From contig CALPLN020000001.1 of NCBI GenBank assembly GCA_943324415.2, positions 1-54,714 of the forward strand: 54,714 nucleotides of DNA, given 5' to 3'. Below the pieces are notes generated by a model, which saw nothing but the letters and a program-made list of their open reading frames with translations, was not told the origin of the DNA and made no database searches. Of the stretch, positions 10,438-20,001 are shown piece by piece. The position numbers were made by a program, and so were the translations under genes. This DNA is from Sediminibacterium ginsengisoli. GTDB lineage: Bacteria; Bacteroidota; Bacteroidia; Chitinophagales; Chitinophagaceae. The number at the start of each line of letters is the position of its first letter. The first letter of the stretch is position 1.

Positions 10438-12699
10438 ATGGAAAGTACCGATCAAGAATTATTTAATGCAGTTGTGACACCCTACAACTTGACAGACGAA
10501 CAAGAGAAAAAAGAAATTGTTCGCCATTACCGTGCATTGCTCAGAACTTTGAGAGAGAAGCTAAAAAAAGGGGATCGCGAATTGCTTAGAACCGCTTTTG
10601 AAATGGCTGCTGATGCGCATAAAACTATGCGTCGTAAAAGTGGAGAGCCTTATATATTACACCCCATTGCGGTTGCAATGATTGCTGCAGATGAAATTGG
10701 GCTTGGTGTGCGAAGTACGATTTGCGCTTTATTACATGATACCGTAGAAGATACAGACATCACTTTAGAAGATATCAAAAGAGAGTTCGGAAATGAGATT
10801 GCAAAAATTGTAGACGGATTAACCAAGATCGCAACGGTGATGGACACCAATAGCAGTCAACAAGCAGAGAATTTCAAAAAGATCTTGCTCACATTAACAG
10901 ATGATCCAAGAGTCATATTGATCAAGCTGGCAGACAGGTTGCACAATATGCGTACCATGGACTCCATGAAACAAGAGAAGCAACTAAAGATTGCCTCAGA
11001 AACTATTTGGGTGTATGCACCTTTGGCACACCGCATGGGTTTATACAATATTAAGACTGAATTAGAGGATCTGTCCATGAAATATTTGGAGCCAGATAAA
11101 TACCATGAGATCGCAAGAAAATTAGCCGATACCAAAAGAGAACGTACCAAGTATATCAACGAGTTTATAAAACCATTGAAAGAGAAATTGAGTCATTCTG
11201 GATTACAATTTGATATGTATGGTCGCCCAAAAAGTATTCATTCAATTTGGAATAAAATAAAAAAGAAAGGGGTAAGTTTCGAAGAAGTCTATGATCTTTT
11301 TGCCATTCGAATCATACTAGACGTGCCATTAGAAAAAGAGAAAGAAGAGTGTTGGAAAGTGTATTCTATGGTCACAGATGAATACCTCCCCTCTCCTGAA
11401 AGATTGAGGGATTGGTTAAGTAACCCCAAGAGCAATGGCTACGAAGCTTTACATACAACGGTGATGGGACCACAAGGAAAATGGGTAGAAGTGCAGATTC
11501 GTAGTAAAAGAATGAATGAGATTGCAGAGAAAGGTTTGGCAGCCCATTTTAAATACAAAGAAGGAACACAGAGCGAAGATCGTTTTGATAAATGGTTTAT
11601 ACAGATAAGAGAAGCATTGGGCAATCAAGAAGAAGAGAGCATTGATTTCTTACAAGATTTTAAGACTTCTTTTTTAGCAGAGGAAATTTATGTTTACACT
11701 CCAAAGGGTGAAGTGAAAATGTTGCCGGTCAATAGCTCTGCGCTTGACTTCGCATTCTATATACATACCGCAATCGGATCAAAATGCATCGGTGCAAAAG
11801 TCAACCATAAATTGGTGCCGATTAGCCATAAATTAAGAAGTGGAGATCAAATAGAAATCATCACGAGTAATAAACAAAAACCTTCCGAAGATTGGTTAAA
11901 CAATGTGGTGACTGCAAAGGCAAAAAATAGTATTAAAGATGCCTTAAGAGAAGAAAAGAAAATCATATCAGAAGAAGGAAAATACACTGCTCAACGAAAA
12001 CTCGAAGGGATAGGTGCAGCGTACAATCCATACAATTTAGATCAGTTGGTTAATTTTTATAAATTACCAAGTCAGTTGGATTTATTGTATAAAATCGCCA
12101 CCAAATCGATTGACCTAAAAGAGCTTAAAACCTTTCAAGTCATTGGTGATAAAATAGAAGCACCAAAGCCAGTAGTCGTTGCGCCTGATCCGAATGCAGA
12201 AGTCAATACCTACAAGCCATTGCCAAAAAAAGGAGATTCCGAATTGATCATATTTGGCGAATCAAGTGATAAAATCAAATACAACCTTGCAAAATGTTGT
12301 AACCCCATTCCTGGAGACGATGTGTTTGGTTTTGTTAGTACAGGTAAAGGTTTAATCATACATAGAACAAGCTGCCCCAATGCCACACAACTGTTAGCCA
12401 ACTATGGTCATCGTGTTGTAAAAACCAAGTGGGCAAAAAATAAAGAAATTTCTTTCCTTACAGGACTTAGAATCATTGGATTGGATGACGTAGGGGTGGT
12501 CAATAAAATTACGACCATCATTAGTGGAGACCTGAAAATCAATATTGCAGCACTGACCATCGAATCTAAAGATGGGATGTTTGAAGGTACCATCAAGGTC
12601 TTTGTACACGACAAAGACGAATTAGAGGAATTGGTAAGCCGAATACAATCCCTACATGGTATACAAAAAGTGATCCGTTTTGATACAGAACTGGTCTAA
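10438..12699 (+). CDS. relA: Bifunctional (p)ppGpp synthetase/hydrolase (long RSH)
   Basis: RKSGEPYILHP, intact HDTVED, KLADRLHNMRT, NGYEALHT, TGS and ACT regions. Start moved from 10261 to the ATG at 10438 because the longer ORF overlaps the divergent gene. Confidence 0.95.
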   Translation: MESTDQELFNAVVTPYNLTDEQEKKEIVRHYRALLRTLREKLKKGDRELLRTAFEMAADAHKTMRRKSGEPYILHPIAVAMIAADEIGLGVRSTICALLHDTVEDTDITLEDIKREFGNEIAKIVDGLTKIATVMDTNSSQQAENFKKILLTLTDDPRVILIKLADRLHNMRTMDSMKQEKQLKIASETIWVYAPLAHRMGLYNIKTELEDLSMKYLEPDKYHEIARKLADTKRERTKYINEFIKPLKEKLSHSGLQFDMYGRPKSIHSIWNKIKKKGVSFEEVYDLFAIRIILDVPLEKEKEECWKVYSMVTDEYLPSPERLRDWLSNPKSNGYEALHTTVMGPQGKWVEVQIRSKRMNEIAEKGLAAHFKYKEGTQSEDRFDKWFIQIREALGNQEEESIDFLQDFKTSFLAEEIYVYTPKGEVKMLPVNSSALDFAFYIHTAIGSKCIGAKVNHKLVPISHKLRSGDQIEIITSNKQKPSEDWLNNVVTAKAKNSIKDALREEKKIISEEGKYTAQRKLEGIGAAYNPYNLDQLVNFYKLPSQLDLLYKIATKSIDLKELKTFQVIGDKIEAPKPVVVAPDPNAEVNTYKPLPKKGDSELIIFGESSDKIKYNLAKCCNPIPGDDVFGFVSTGKGLIIHRTSCPNATQLLANYGHRVVKTKWAKNKEISFLTGLRIIGLDDVGVVNKITTIISGDLKINIAALTIESKDGMFEGTIKVFVHDKDELEELVSRIQSLHGIQKVIRFDTELV

Positions 12700-12813
12700 A
12701 ATCAACGAATCAACAGGATGGGAAAAATTTGTGTGAAAACATTCCTTTTTATTAGACCCTTAAATAGGTAATCAGCATTTCTAGACTTATTTTTGCTACT
12801 CAAATTCAAATTT

Positions 12814-14076
12814 ATGGTAGACGTAATTTTAGGACTTCAATGGGGCGATGAAGGTAAGGGTAAGATCGTGGATTATTTTGCACCCAACTACGATGTCATT
12901 GCTCGATTTCAAGGTGGCCCAAATGCGGGTCATACATTGTATGTGAATGGGACTAAAATGGTCTTACACCAGATTCCATCAGGTATTTTCCATCAAGATA
13001 AAATCAATATCATTGGCAATGGTGTCGTATTAGATCCAGTGACGTTAAAAAGAGAATGTGATGCCGTTGCGAGTATGGGTATAGATGTCAAAAAAAATCT
13101 GTTCATATCCGAGCGCACCAATATCATTATTCCTAGCCATAGAGCCTTAGACAAAGCATCTGAATTGTCTAAGGGTGAGTCGAAAATCGGTTCCACACTA
13201 AAAGGAATTGGACCTGCTTACATGGATAAGACTGGAAGAAACGCGTTAAGAGTAGGTGACTTACTAGATAAGAAATTCATCAGCAAGTACATTGCGTTGA
13301 GAATGAAGCACCAAAAGATACTAGATAGCTATAATTTCAATGAAGATATATCTGAAATGGAAAGCGAATTCTTTGAAGCTATTGAGTTTTTAAAGACCAT
13401 GAATATCATCAATTGTGAATACTTTATCAATGACCAAATTAGTAAGGGTAAAAAAGTATTGGCAGAAGGCGCGCAAGGCTCTATGTTAGATATCGACTTT
13501 GGTACATTCCCATTTGTTACATCAAGTAATACTATTTCTGCTGGTGTTTGTACCGGTCTAGGCGTGTCGCCTAAACAAATTGGCGAAGTATTTGGTATTT
13601 CTAAAGCCTATTGTACTCGTGTTGGTAGTGGGCCCTTCCCTACCGAATTGCATGATGCAAAGGGAGAAGAATTGAGAAAGATTGGAAGTGAATTTGGTGC
13701 AACTACTGGAAGACCGCGTAGATGTGGATGGATTGATCTGGTTGCGTTGAAATATACTTGCATGATCAATGGTGTAACGCAGATTATTATGACCAAGGCA
13801 GATATTTTAGATTCATTTAAAGAACTAGAATTAGGGATTGCATATGAAATGGAAGGCAAACAGATTGATTATGTTCCATTTCAATTGGTTGGCACTCCTG
13901 TAACCCCGATATGGAAAAAAATGTCAGGTTGGGAAGTTGACACAACGAAGATGAAATTGGATGCCGAATTGCCTGCTACAATGAAAACATATATTGAATT
14001 TATTAATGAATACTTAGGTGTGCCTGTGAAGTATGTATCGAATGGTCCAGGCAGAGATCAAATTGTACATTTATAA
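12814..14076 (+). CDS. purA: Adenylosuccinate synthetase
   Basis: GLQWGDEGKGK, GGPNAGHT, GATTGRPRRCGW; ATG at 12814 preceded by TATTTTTG (12788-12795). Confidence 0.98.
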   Translation: MVDVILGLQWGDEGKGKIVDYFAPNYDVIARFQGGPNAGHTLYVNGTKMVLHQIPSGIFHQDKINIIGNGVVLDPVTLKRECDAVASMGIDVKKNLFISERTNIIIPSHRALDKASELSKGESKIGSTLKGIGPAYMDKTGRNALRVGDLLDKKFISKYIALRMKHQKILDSYNFNEDISEMESEFFEAIEFLKTMNIINCEYFINDQISKGKKVLAEGAQGSMLDIDFGTFPFVTSSNTISAGVCTGLGVSPKQIGEVFGISKAYCTRVGSGPFPTELHDAKGEELRKIGSEFGATTGRPRRCGWIDLVALKYTCMINGVTQIIMTKADILDSFKELELGIAYEMEGKQIDYVPFQLVGTPVTPIWKKMSGWEVDTTKMKLDAELPATMKTYIEFINEYLGVPVKYVSNGPGRDQIVHL

Positions 14077-14162
14077 ACAAAAAAAAGCAATAAAAAAAGT
14101 CGCATTATTTTTGATAAATAAAATTTTCATTTGAAATTTACATAAATATTTTTGATTGAGTT

Positions 14163-14522
14163 ATGGCAGTAAAATCTACAAAAGAGAAAAAGACAGCGAC
14201 ACCAAAAAATGGCGTAGTAAAAGCTGAAAAATCAAGCAAGACATCTTCAAAGAAAAATGAGGATGATGAGGAAGATGATTTAGAAGATGATGCGGACGCA
14301 TCCGACGAAGTAGATGATTGGGGAAAGACTGAAGAAGAAGAAGACAGTTGGGATCCAGACTTTGCTGAATTTGATCTTCCTAAAACAACTAAAAAAGCCG
14401 GTAAAGCAAAAAAAGGCGAAGACGCGCATGCATCAGATGATGCTGACGACTTAGATTTAGACTTGAACTTAGAGGACGACGATTTGTTTGATGACAAAGA
14501 CGAATTTGACGACGATTTCTAA
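14163..14522 (+). CDS. Small, highly charged, probably disordered protein (Lys-rich and Asp/Glu-rich blocks)
   Basis: 119-aa ORF filling the gap between genes; TATTTTTG (14147-14154) lies 8 nt upstream. Confidence 0.75.
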   Translation: MAVKSTKEKKTATPKNGVVKAEKSSKTSSKKNEDDEEDDLEDDADASDEVDDWGKTEEEEDSWDPDFAEFDLPKTTKKAGKAKKGEDAHASDDADDLDLDLNLEDDDLFDDKDEFDDDF

Positions 14523-14541
14523 AGTTGAATACCCTAGTTCG

Positions 14542-15504
14542 TTAATCGATATCTAGATATAAAGATTGTATTGAGGCCTGTAAAATTTGATTTTTATAGG
14601 CCTCAAATATTTTAGCCTCCTTAGCAGGTAATTTAAGTGTATACGATTTCCCTGTAGACAATTGCTTGTCCATATTTGGATTCAATTCCTTAAGCTGATT
14701 GAATGGCATCTTTAACCAACTTGCAATTGTTTTTGCGTTATACCTTCCAGAAATAAGAATCGACGCTATCTCCATTTTAGGATCTACCTGATTTGTATTT
14801 GTTGCAGTGCTTATATTGGCAACAGCTACTTCTGTAGTCTCATTCATTGCGACTCCTTCGAATATGGCATGAGTGGCGATGAATTTTTTAACATGATTTC
14901 TTGTCTCTAATGGAAGTTCATATTGCAAAGCCCAGAAATCTTTTGTTTTCTTTTTTTCAATCACTCTATTTAATCTTCCCGCACCCCCATTGTAGGCAGC
15001 GACCACCAATAACCAATCTCCAAACTGTTGATACAATTCTCTAAGAATGGTCGCAGCGGCTTGGGTGCTTTTTTGGTAATCCATGCGCTCGTCATTGGGC
15101 AATAATTTCAAACCTAAGCGGGTTGCTTCCGCAGGCATGATTTGCCATGGACCCGCCGCACCTGCCCAAGAGACAACCTGCGAACTTAAATGACTCTCAA
15201 TCACACTTAAGTATTTCATTTCTACCGGTATGCCATTCGCAATTAATATTTGATCGTATAAATTAAAATAAGGTTTCGCCCATGTTTTCATTTTCCTTAA
15301 ACCAGGCCCCTCCTTTTCAATATAGGATTGAACAAAACTAATTGCCTTTGGATGCATCTCAATGACAAAGGATTTGTCTTTGTCAGGTACCTGTTGTACT
15401 GAGAACAAACTACTAAAACCAATTCGATTAAAACTAGTACTGTCCTGAGCAGCAATGCTGCCAAAACAAAAAAAGAAACAATAAATAAAGAGTAAGGTTC
15501 TCAT
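14542..15504 (-). CDS. Lytic murein transglycosylase (MltD-like SLT domain)
   Basis: LSVIES catalytic Glu, GAAGPWQIMP, AAYNGG, LPLETRNHV, LysM-like LKELNP. Confidence 0.9.
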   Translation of the reverse strand: MRTLLFIYCFFFCFGSIAAQDSTSFNRIGFSSLFSVQQVPDKDKSFVIEMHPKAISFVQSYIEKEGPGLRKMKTWAKPYFNLYDQILIANGIPVEMKYLSVIESHLSSQVVSWAGAAGPWQIMPAEATRLGLKLLPNDERMDYQKSTQAAATILRELYQQFGDWLLVVAAYNGGAGRLNRVIEKKKTKDFWALQYELPLETRNHVKKFIATHAIFEGVAMNETTEVAVANISTATNTNQVDPKMEIASILISGRYNAKTIASWLKMPFNQLKELNPNMDKQLSTGKSYTLKLPAKEAKIFEAYKNQILQASIQSLYLDID

Positions 15505-15514
15505 ATGAAAGAGG

Positions 15515-16945
15515 CTAAGCTTGCATCAAGGAATTTGAAAAACTAAGTAAGGCCGATTCTTCAAAGGATGCGCTCATTACTTGAAGTCCAAAAGGCATCC
15601 CGTTTGAATGGGTGTATAAGGGCAATGAGATACCTGGTATTCCCACTAGGTTCGCATACACTGTGTAAATGTCTGCTAAGAATATTTCGGTCGCAGATTG
15701 ATGCTGTGTTCCTAATTTAAAGGCTGTCGTGGGTACCGTTGGAGAAATGATAAAATCATATTGTGCAAATACCTGCGATGTAAATTCAACTAATTTTTGT
15801 CGAACCTGTTGCGCCTTGGTAAAGTAAGCATCAAAATATCCAGCACTTAAAACAAAAGTGCCTAATAAAATTCTGCGTTGTACTTCTGCACCAAAACCTT
15901 CGGTTCGAGATAATTTATACAATTCGGCAAGGTCCTCCACTTTTTCAGTTGTTCTATGTCCAAAACGAATACCATCAAATCGAGATAAATTACTTGAAGC
16001 CTCCGCTGTAGTTAAAACATAATAGGTTGGTACAATAAAATTCAATAAATCAAAATCAACCCCTTCCACAACATGACCTGCTGCACGCAATGCTATAATT
16101 TGATTTTCTATTTGATTTTTAATTTCTGGATCTAAGCCAGGATGCGTTAATGTTTCTTTGAAGTAAGCAATTTTTTTAGGTCCTAGTGCTTGATGGATCA
16201 CTTGTGTATATTCGGGAACTGCTCTCGCTGAAACAGTACTATCAAAATCATCTGCTCCGGCTATGACTTCTAAAACCAACGCAGCGTCTGAAATATTTTT
16301 ACTAAAAATACCAATCTGGTCGAATGAAGACGCGTAGGCGATTAAACCATACCTTGAAATTCTTCCATAACTTGGCTTCAATCCAACCACACCGCAAAAA
16401 TCGGCTGGTTGACGGACAGACCCTCCAGTATCTGAGCCTAAGCTCACCATACATAAATTAGCTTGCACCGCAACTGCGGATCCTCCAGAGGAACCCCCAG
16501 GAACTCGCGTAATATCTGCTGCGTTCTTGACTGCACCAAAAGCTGAATTTTCATTACTGCTTCCCATCGCAAATTCATCACAATTCTGACGACCGATAAT
16601 GATCGCACCTGCATTAAGCAATTGCTCGATCGCAGTAGCAGAATAAACTGCTGTATAATTTTCTAAAATTTTGGAGGCGGCAGACAATGCATGCCCCTTA
16701 TAAGAAATGACATCTTTGATTCCAACTACAACGCCATGTAATGGACCCATCGGTTTGCCTTCAAGTCTTTCGGCATCTAACCTATTGGCAATCTCTATTG
16801 CTTCTTCTGCAAATACTTCTAGATAGGCGTTTAGCGCTTGCTGACTTTTAATTTCGTCCAAATAAAATTGGACGGCTTGCGCACAGGTAGTTGCTCCGGT
16901 CTTTAATTGACCATGGTAATTTTGAATGTCGGTGAAACAGAACAT
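15515..16945 (-). CDS. gatA: Asp/Glu-tRNA amidotransferase subunit A
   Basis: GIKD, DEFAMGSS, PGGSSGGSA, LGSDTGGSVRQPA, SSNLSRFDGIRFG. Confidence 0.96.
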   Translation of the reverse strand: MFCFTDIQNYHGQLKTGATTCAQAVQFYLDEIKSQQALNAYLEVFAEEAIEIANRLDAERLEGKPMGPLHGVVVGIKDVISYKGHALSAASKILENYTAVYSATAIEQLLNAGAIIIGRQNCDEFAMGSSNENSAFGAVKNAADITRVPGGSSGGSAVAVQANLCMVSLGSDTGGSVRQPADFCGVVGLKPSYGRISRYGLIAYASSFDQIGIFSKNISDAALVLEVIAGADDFDSTVSARAVPEYTQVIHQALGPKKIAYFKETLTHPGLDPEIKNQIENQIIALRAAGHVVEGVDFDLLNFIVPTYYVLTTAEASSNLSRFDGIRFGHRTTEKVEDLAELYKLSRTEGFGAEVQRRILLGTFVLSAGYFDAYFTKAQQVRQKLVEFTSQVFAQYDFIISPTVPTTAFKLGTQHQSATEIFLADIYTVYANLVGIPGISLPLYTHSNGMPFGLQVMSASFEESALLSFSNSLMQA

Positions 16946-16951
16946 CGTTGA

Positions 16952-17140
16952 TTAAGAAGCTTTCTCGTCCTTCTCTTTAATGCCTTCTTCGATTTCTTTT
17001 TTCACGTTATTTTTAGCGTCGTTGAATTCACGAATTCCCTTACCTAATCCACGCATGAATTCAGGGATTTTTCTTCCACCAAACATCACTAAAATAACTA
17101 CACCAATAATTAATAATTCTTGAAATCCTAAGTTGCCCAT
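16952..17140 (-). CDS. tatA: Twin-arginine translocase TatA/E
   Basis: MGNLGFQELLII...FGGRKIPEFMRGLGKGIREF; start reassigned to the ATG at 17140. Confidence 0.95.
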   Translation of the reverse strand: MGNLGFQELLIIGVVILVMFGGRKIPEFMRGLGKGIREFNDAKNNVKKEIEEGIKEKDEKAS

Positions 17141-17180
17141 AATGTATCGTTTAGAATAGTAAAGGTAATGTAAATAGCAC

Positions 17181-17209
17181 AAAAAAAGGTCCTCGGAAAG
17201 AGGACCTTT
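17181..17209 (-). terminator. Intrinsic terminator after rplS
   Basis: AAAGGTCCTC-GGAAA-GAGGACCTTT hairpin with a U tail on the minus strand. Confidence 0.85.
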
Positions 17210-17230
17210 ATATAATTTAAGCGATTAAGC

Positions 17231-17581
17231 TTAGAATCTTTTTTCTTTAATACGTGCGCTCTTACCGCTTCTATCACGTAAGTAGTACAATTTAGCACGA
17301 CGTACTTTACCTGACTTGTTTAAGATGATACCATCAATGTTTGGAGATAAGAATGGAAACAAACGCTCCACACCGATACCATCAGAGATTTTACGAACGG
17401 TAAAAGTCGCTGTTGCTCCAGATCCTTGGGTTTTGATTACATCCCCACGGAAACTTTGGATACGCTCTTTACCACCCTCTACAATCTTGTAGTTTACGGT
17501 AATATTATCACCAGCCTTAAATGCTGGATATTCTTTCTTTGCTGTTAATTGCTCGTGTACGAAGTTTACTGCTACGCTCAT
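17231..17581 (-). CDS. rplS: 50S ribosomal protein L19
   Basis: [37 protein letters not shown]. Confidence 0.99.
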   Translation of the reverse strand: MSVAVNFVHEQLTAKKEYPAFKAGDNITVNYKIVEGGKERIQSFRGDVIKTQGSGATATFTVRKISDGIGVERLFPFLSPNIDGIILNKSGKVRRAKLYYLRDRSGKSARIKEKRF

Positions 17582-17603
17582 AATTCATGTTTTTTGCGGA
17601 GGG

Positions 17604-17611
17604 CAAAGGTA
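17604..17611 (-). promoter_or_regulatory. -7 element TACCTTTG for rplS
   Basis: TAnnTTTG match upstream of rplS. Confidence 0.7.
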
Positions 17612-17682
17612 GGGTTACCCATGCTATTCTCCAAATTATTTAACCCAAATATTAAAATCAGTGCTTTTTAAGCTGTTTTAGC

Positions 17683-19248
17683 CTATCTCGCAATGTTTAC
17701 AGCTCGTTTTTCACGGATCACCGTGACTTTGATTTGACCAGGATAGGTCATTTCGGTCTGTATTTTTTGTGCAATTTCGAAGCTTAATTGATCAGATGAC
17801 TGGTCAGTTACCTTTTCTGCTTCTACAATTACCCTTAATTCACGTCCCGCTTGGATCGCATAAGCCTTCTCAACTCCTTGATAGCCAAGTGCTAAGTTCT
17901 CCAAATCCTTGATACGTTGAATATATTGTTGCATGATTTCACGTCTCGCACCTGGTCTTGCACCGCTGATGGCGTCACAAGCTTGGATAATTGGAGAAAT
18001 CACATATTGCATTTCCATTTCATCGTGGTGCGCACCAATGGCATTCACTACCGCAGGGTTTTCACCGTATTTCTCGGCCAATTTAGCGCCTAACAATGCG
18101 TGGCTTAATTCTGTTTCTTCATCTGGCACTTTACCAATATCGTGTAATAAACCTGCACGTTTTGCCAATTTAGGATTCAACCCTAATTCAGCTGCCATGA
18201 TTCCGCATAAATTAGCAGTTTCACGAGAGTGCATTAATAAATTCTGTCCGTAAGAAGAACGGAAACGCATCTTACCGATAATACGAATCAATTCTTTATG
18301 TAAACCATGAATACCTAATTCAATTACGGTACGCTCTCCGATTTCTGCAATTTGCTCTTCTAATTGACGGCGTGTTTTGTCTACCACTTCCTCGATACGT
18401 GCAGGGTGGATACGTCCATCTGCAACCAATCTTTGTAAACTTAAACGCGCAATCTCTCTTCTTAATGGATCGAATGAAGACAACAAAATCGCTTCTGGTG
18501 TATCATCTACAATTAAATCCACCCCAGTAGCTGCTTCAATCGCACGAATGTTACGACCTTCTCTACCAATGATCTGTCCTTTCATTTCATCTGATTCCAA
18601 ATTGAATACTGTTACCGTATTCTCAATAGCTACTTCTGCAGCTGTTCTTTGAATTGATTGAATAATGATTTTTCTAGCTTCTTTATTGGCTTTTTGCTTC
18701 GCTTCTTCAATGATATCTTGTTGTAAAGACAAAGCCTGTGTTTGCGCTTCGTTCTTTAAGCTTTCTATCAATTGTTGCTTCGCATCTTCTGCAGTAAGGT
18801 TCGCGATTTTTTCTAGACGACGAATATGCTCTTCTTGGTGCTTTTCTAATTCACCGCGCTTGATATTCACTAAATCGATTTCACGATTTAATTTTTCCTT
18901 GATGGCTTCGTTGTCTTTAATTTGTTTTTCTAGAACAACCGATTTTTGATTGATCGTTAATTCGTGTTGTTTGATTCTGTTTTCTGCTTCACCGATTTTC
19001 TTGTTCTTCTCCAACAACTCTCTATCATGATCTGCTTTTAGTTGAACGAAACGTTCTTTTGCCTCTAATTGCTTTTCTTTTTTAATTGTTTCCGCTCTTA
19101 ATTCAGCTTCTTTTAAGATGTTAGCTGCTTGATTTTCTGCATCTTCAACTTGCTTTTTGGTGTTCTTGGCGAAAGCAAATCGCCCTACGAGTAAGCCACC
19201 TATTCCGGCACCTACTCCGATGATCATCCATAATATTGTTTGGTCCAT
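17683..19248 (-). CDS. rny: Ribonuclease Y
   Basis: N-terminal TM helix, coiled coil, KH ([13 protein letters not shown]), HD (LLHDIGK), [10 protein letters not shown]. Confidence 0.98.
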   Translation of the reverse strand: MDQTILWMIIGVGAGIGGLLVGRFAFAKNTKKQVEDAENQAANILKEAELRAETIKKEKQLEAKERFVQLKADHDRELLEKNKKIGEAENRIKQHELTINQKSVVLEKQIKDNEAIKEKLNREIDLVNIKRGELEKHQEEHIRRLEKIANLTAEDAKQQLIESLKNEAQTQALSLQQDIIEEAKQKANKEARKIIIQSIQRTAAEVAIENTVTVFNLESDEMKGQIIGREGRNIRAIEAATGVDLIVDDTPEAILLSSFDPLRREIARLSLQRLVADGRIHPARIEEVVDKTRRQLEEQIAEIGERTVIELGIHGLHKELIRIIGKMRFRSSYGQNLLMHSRETANLCGIMAAELGLNPKLAKRAGLLHDIGKVPDEETELSHALLGAKLAEKYGENPAVVNAIGAHHDEMEMQYVISPIIQACDAISGARPGARREIMQQYIQRIKDLENLALGYQGVEKAYAIQAGRELRVIVEAEKVTDQSSDQLSFEIAQKIQTEMTYPGQIKVTVIREKRAVNIAR

Positions 19249-19356
19249 TGTTTAATCTTGTTGTGTTTAATAAAATCACCCTGCTTCTCCACTAAGGTTC
19301 GGCAACGAAGATAAACAATTAATGTAAAGATTGGGCCGAATGAGGCCAATATTGTG

Positions 19357-19680
19357 TTATAAGTTGGTATTTACGAGCACTTTATCAATGGCAGCAGACA
19401 TGCTGTCAATTTGCGCCTGTATAGACTCCATTTCATAGAGCTTTTGGCCATCCTGTTGTTGTTCGGTCGTGAACCAAAGCAATACCATCGAGATATAATC
19501 CTGCATATCGCTGCCAGCGTACATCGTTCTGAATTCAACCATCTTCTGGTTGATCAAAGCCGCTGTTTTACGCACTGCTTCCTCGTCCTTAGGACTGATT
19601 TTAACCCTGTAATTCCGATCTGCAATTAAAATATTAACAGGAATCAGATTTTCTGGGGTATCGATAAGGTTGTCTGACAT
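19357..19680 (-). CDS. zapA: Cell division protein ZapA
   Basis: NILIADRNYRV...EEAVRKTA...DMQDYISM; conserved position before rny. Confidence 0.85.
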   Translation of the reverse strand: MSDNLIDTPENLIPVNILIADRNYRVKISPKDEEAVRKTAALINQKMVEFRTMYAGSDMQDYISMVLLWFTTEQQQDGQKLYEMESIQAQIDSMSAAIDKVLVNTNL

Positions 19681-19683
19681 GGG

Positions 19684-19974
19684 TTAAGGATTCAGGTTTT
19701 GAATACAGTGATCGATTTCTTTGATATAGTGGTCAATTTTCTTGTTCAAGGCTGCTTTTTCAGCTGAATCCATTGGTTCAGCAGGACGCATCTGTGCGGT
19801 AATCAAGGCAGCTTGTTCTTTTTTTAGCTCCTCTTCAAGACGACCTATCTCCTGTGACTGCGCTTCCAAATTACCCTTCAGTTGATGATTTTCTTTCTCC
19901 AGGGCAAGCTGTCGCTTAAGCAATGCTTGCAATTTTTCTTGGAGGCCCAGTAAAGCGGTCTGTAGGTCAGACAT
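19684..19974 (-). CDS. Coiled-coil protein (ZapB-like, upstream of zapA)
   Basis: Heptad-rich; C-terminal KIDHYIKEIDHCI typical of the Bacteroidota zapA neighbour. Confidence 0.7.
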   Translation of the reverse strand: MSDLQTALLGLQEKLQALLKRQLALEKENHQLKGNLEAQSQEIGRLEEELKKEQAALITAQMRPAEPMDSAEKAALNKKIDHYIKEIDHCIQNLNP

Positions 19975-20001
19975 TGGTCTTGGTTTATGACTTGAAAGTA
20001 A

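Noticed and set aside
14138-14497. Ser-rich minus-strand ORF of 119 aa
   Set aside because: Antisense shadow of the GAT/GAA-rich acidic protein gene.
19249-19356. Possible 6S RNA between zapA and rny
   Set aside because: Only 108 bp, with no long irregular duplex; it holds a small hairpin and a TATCTTCG -7-like element for rny.
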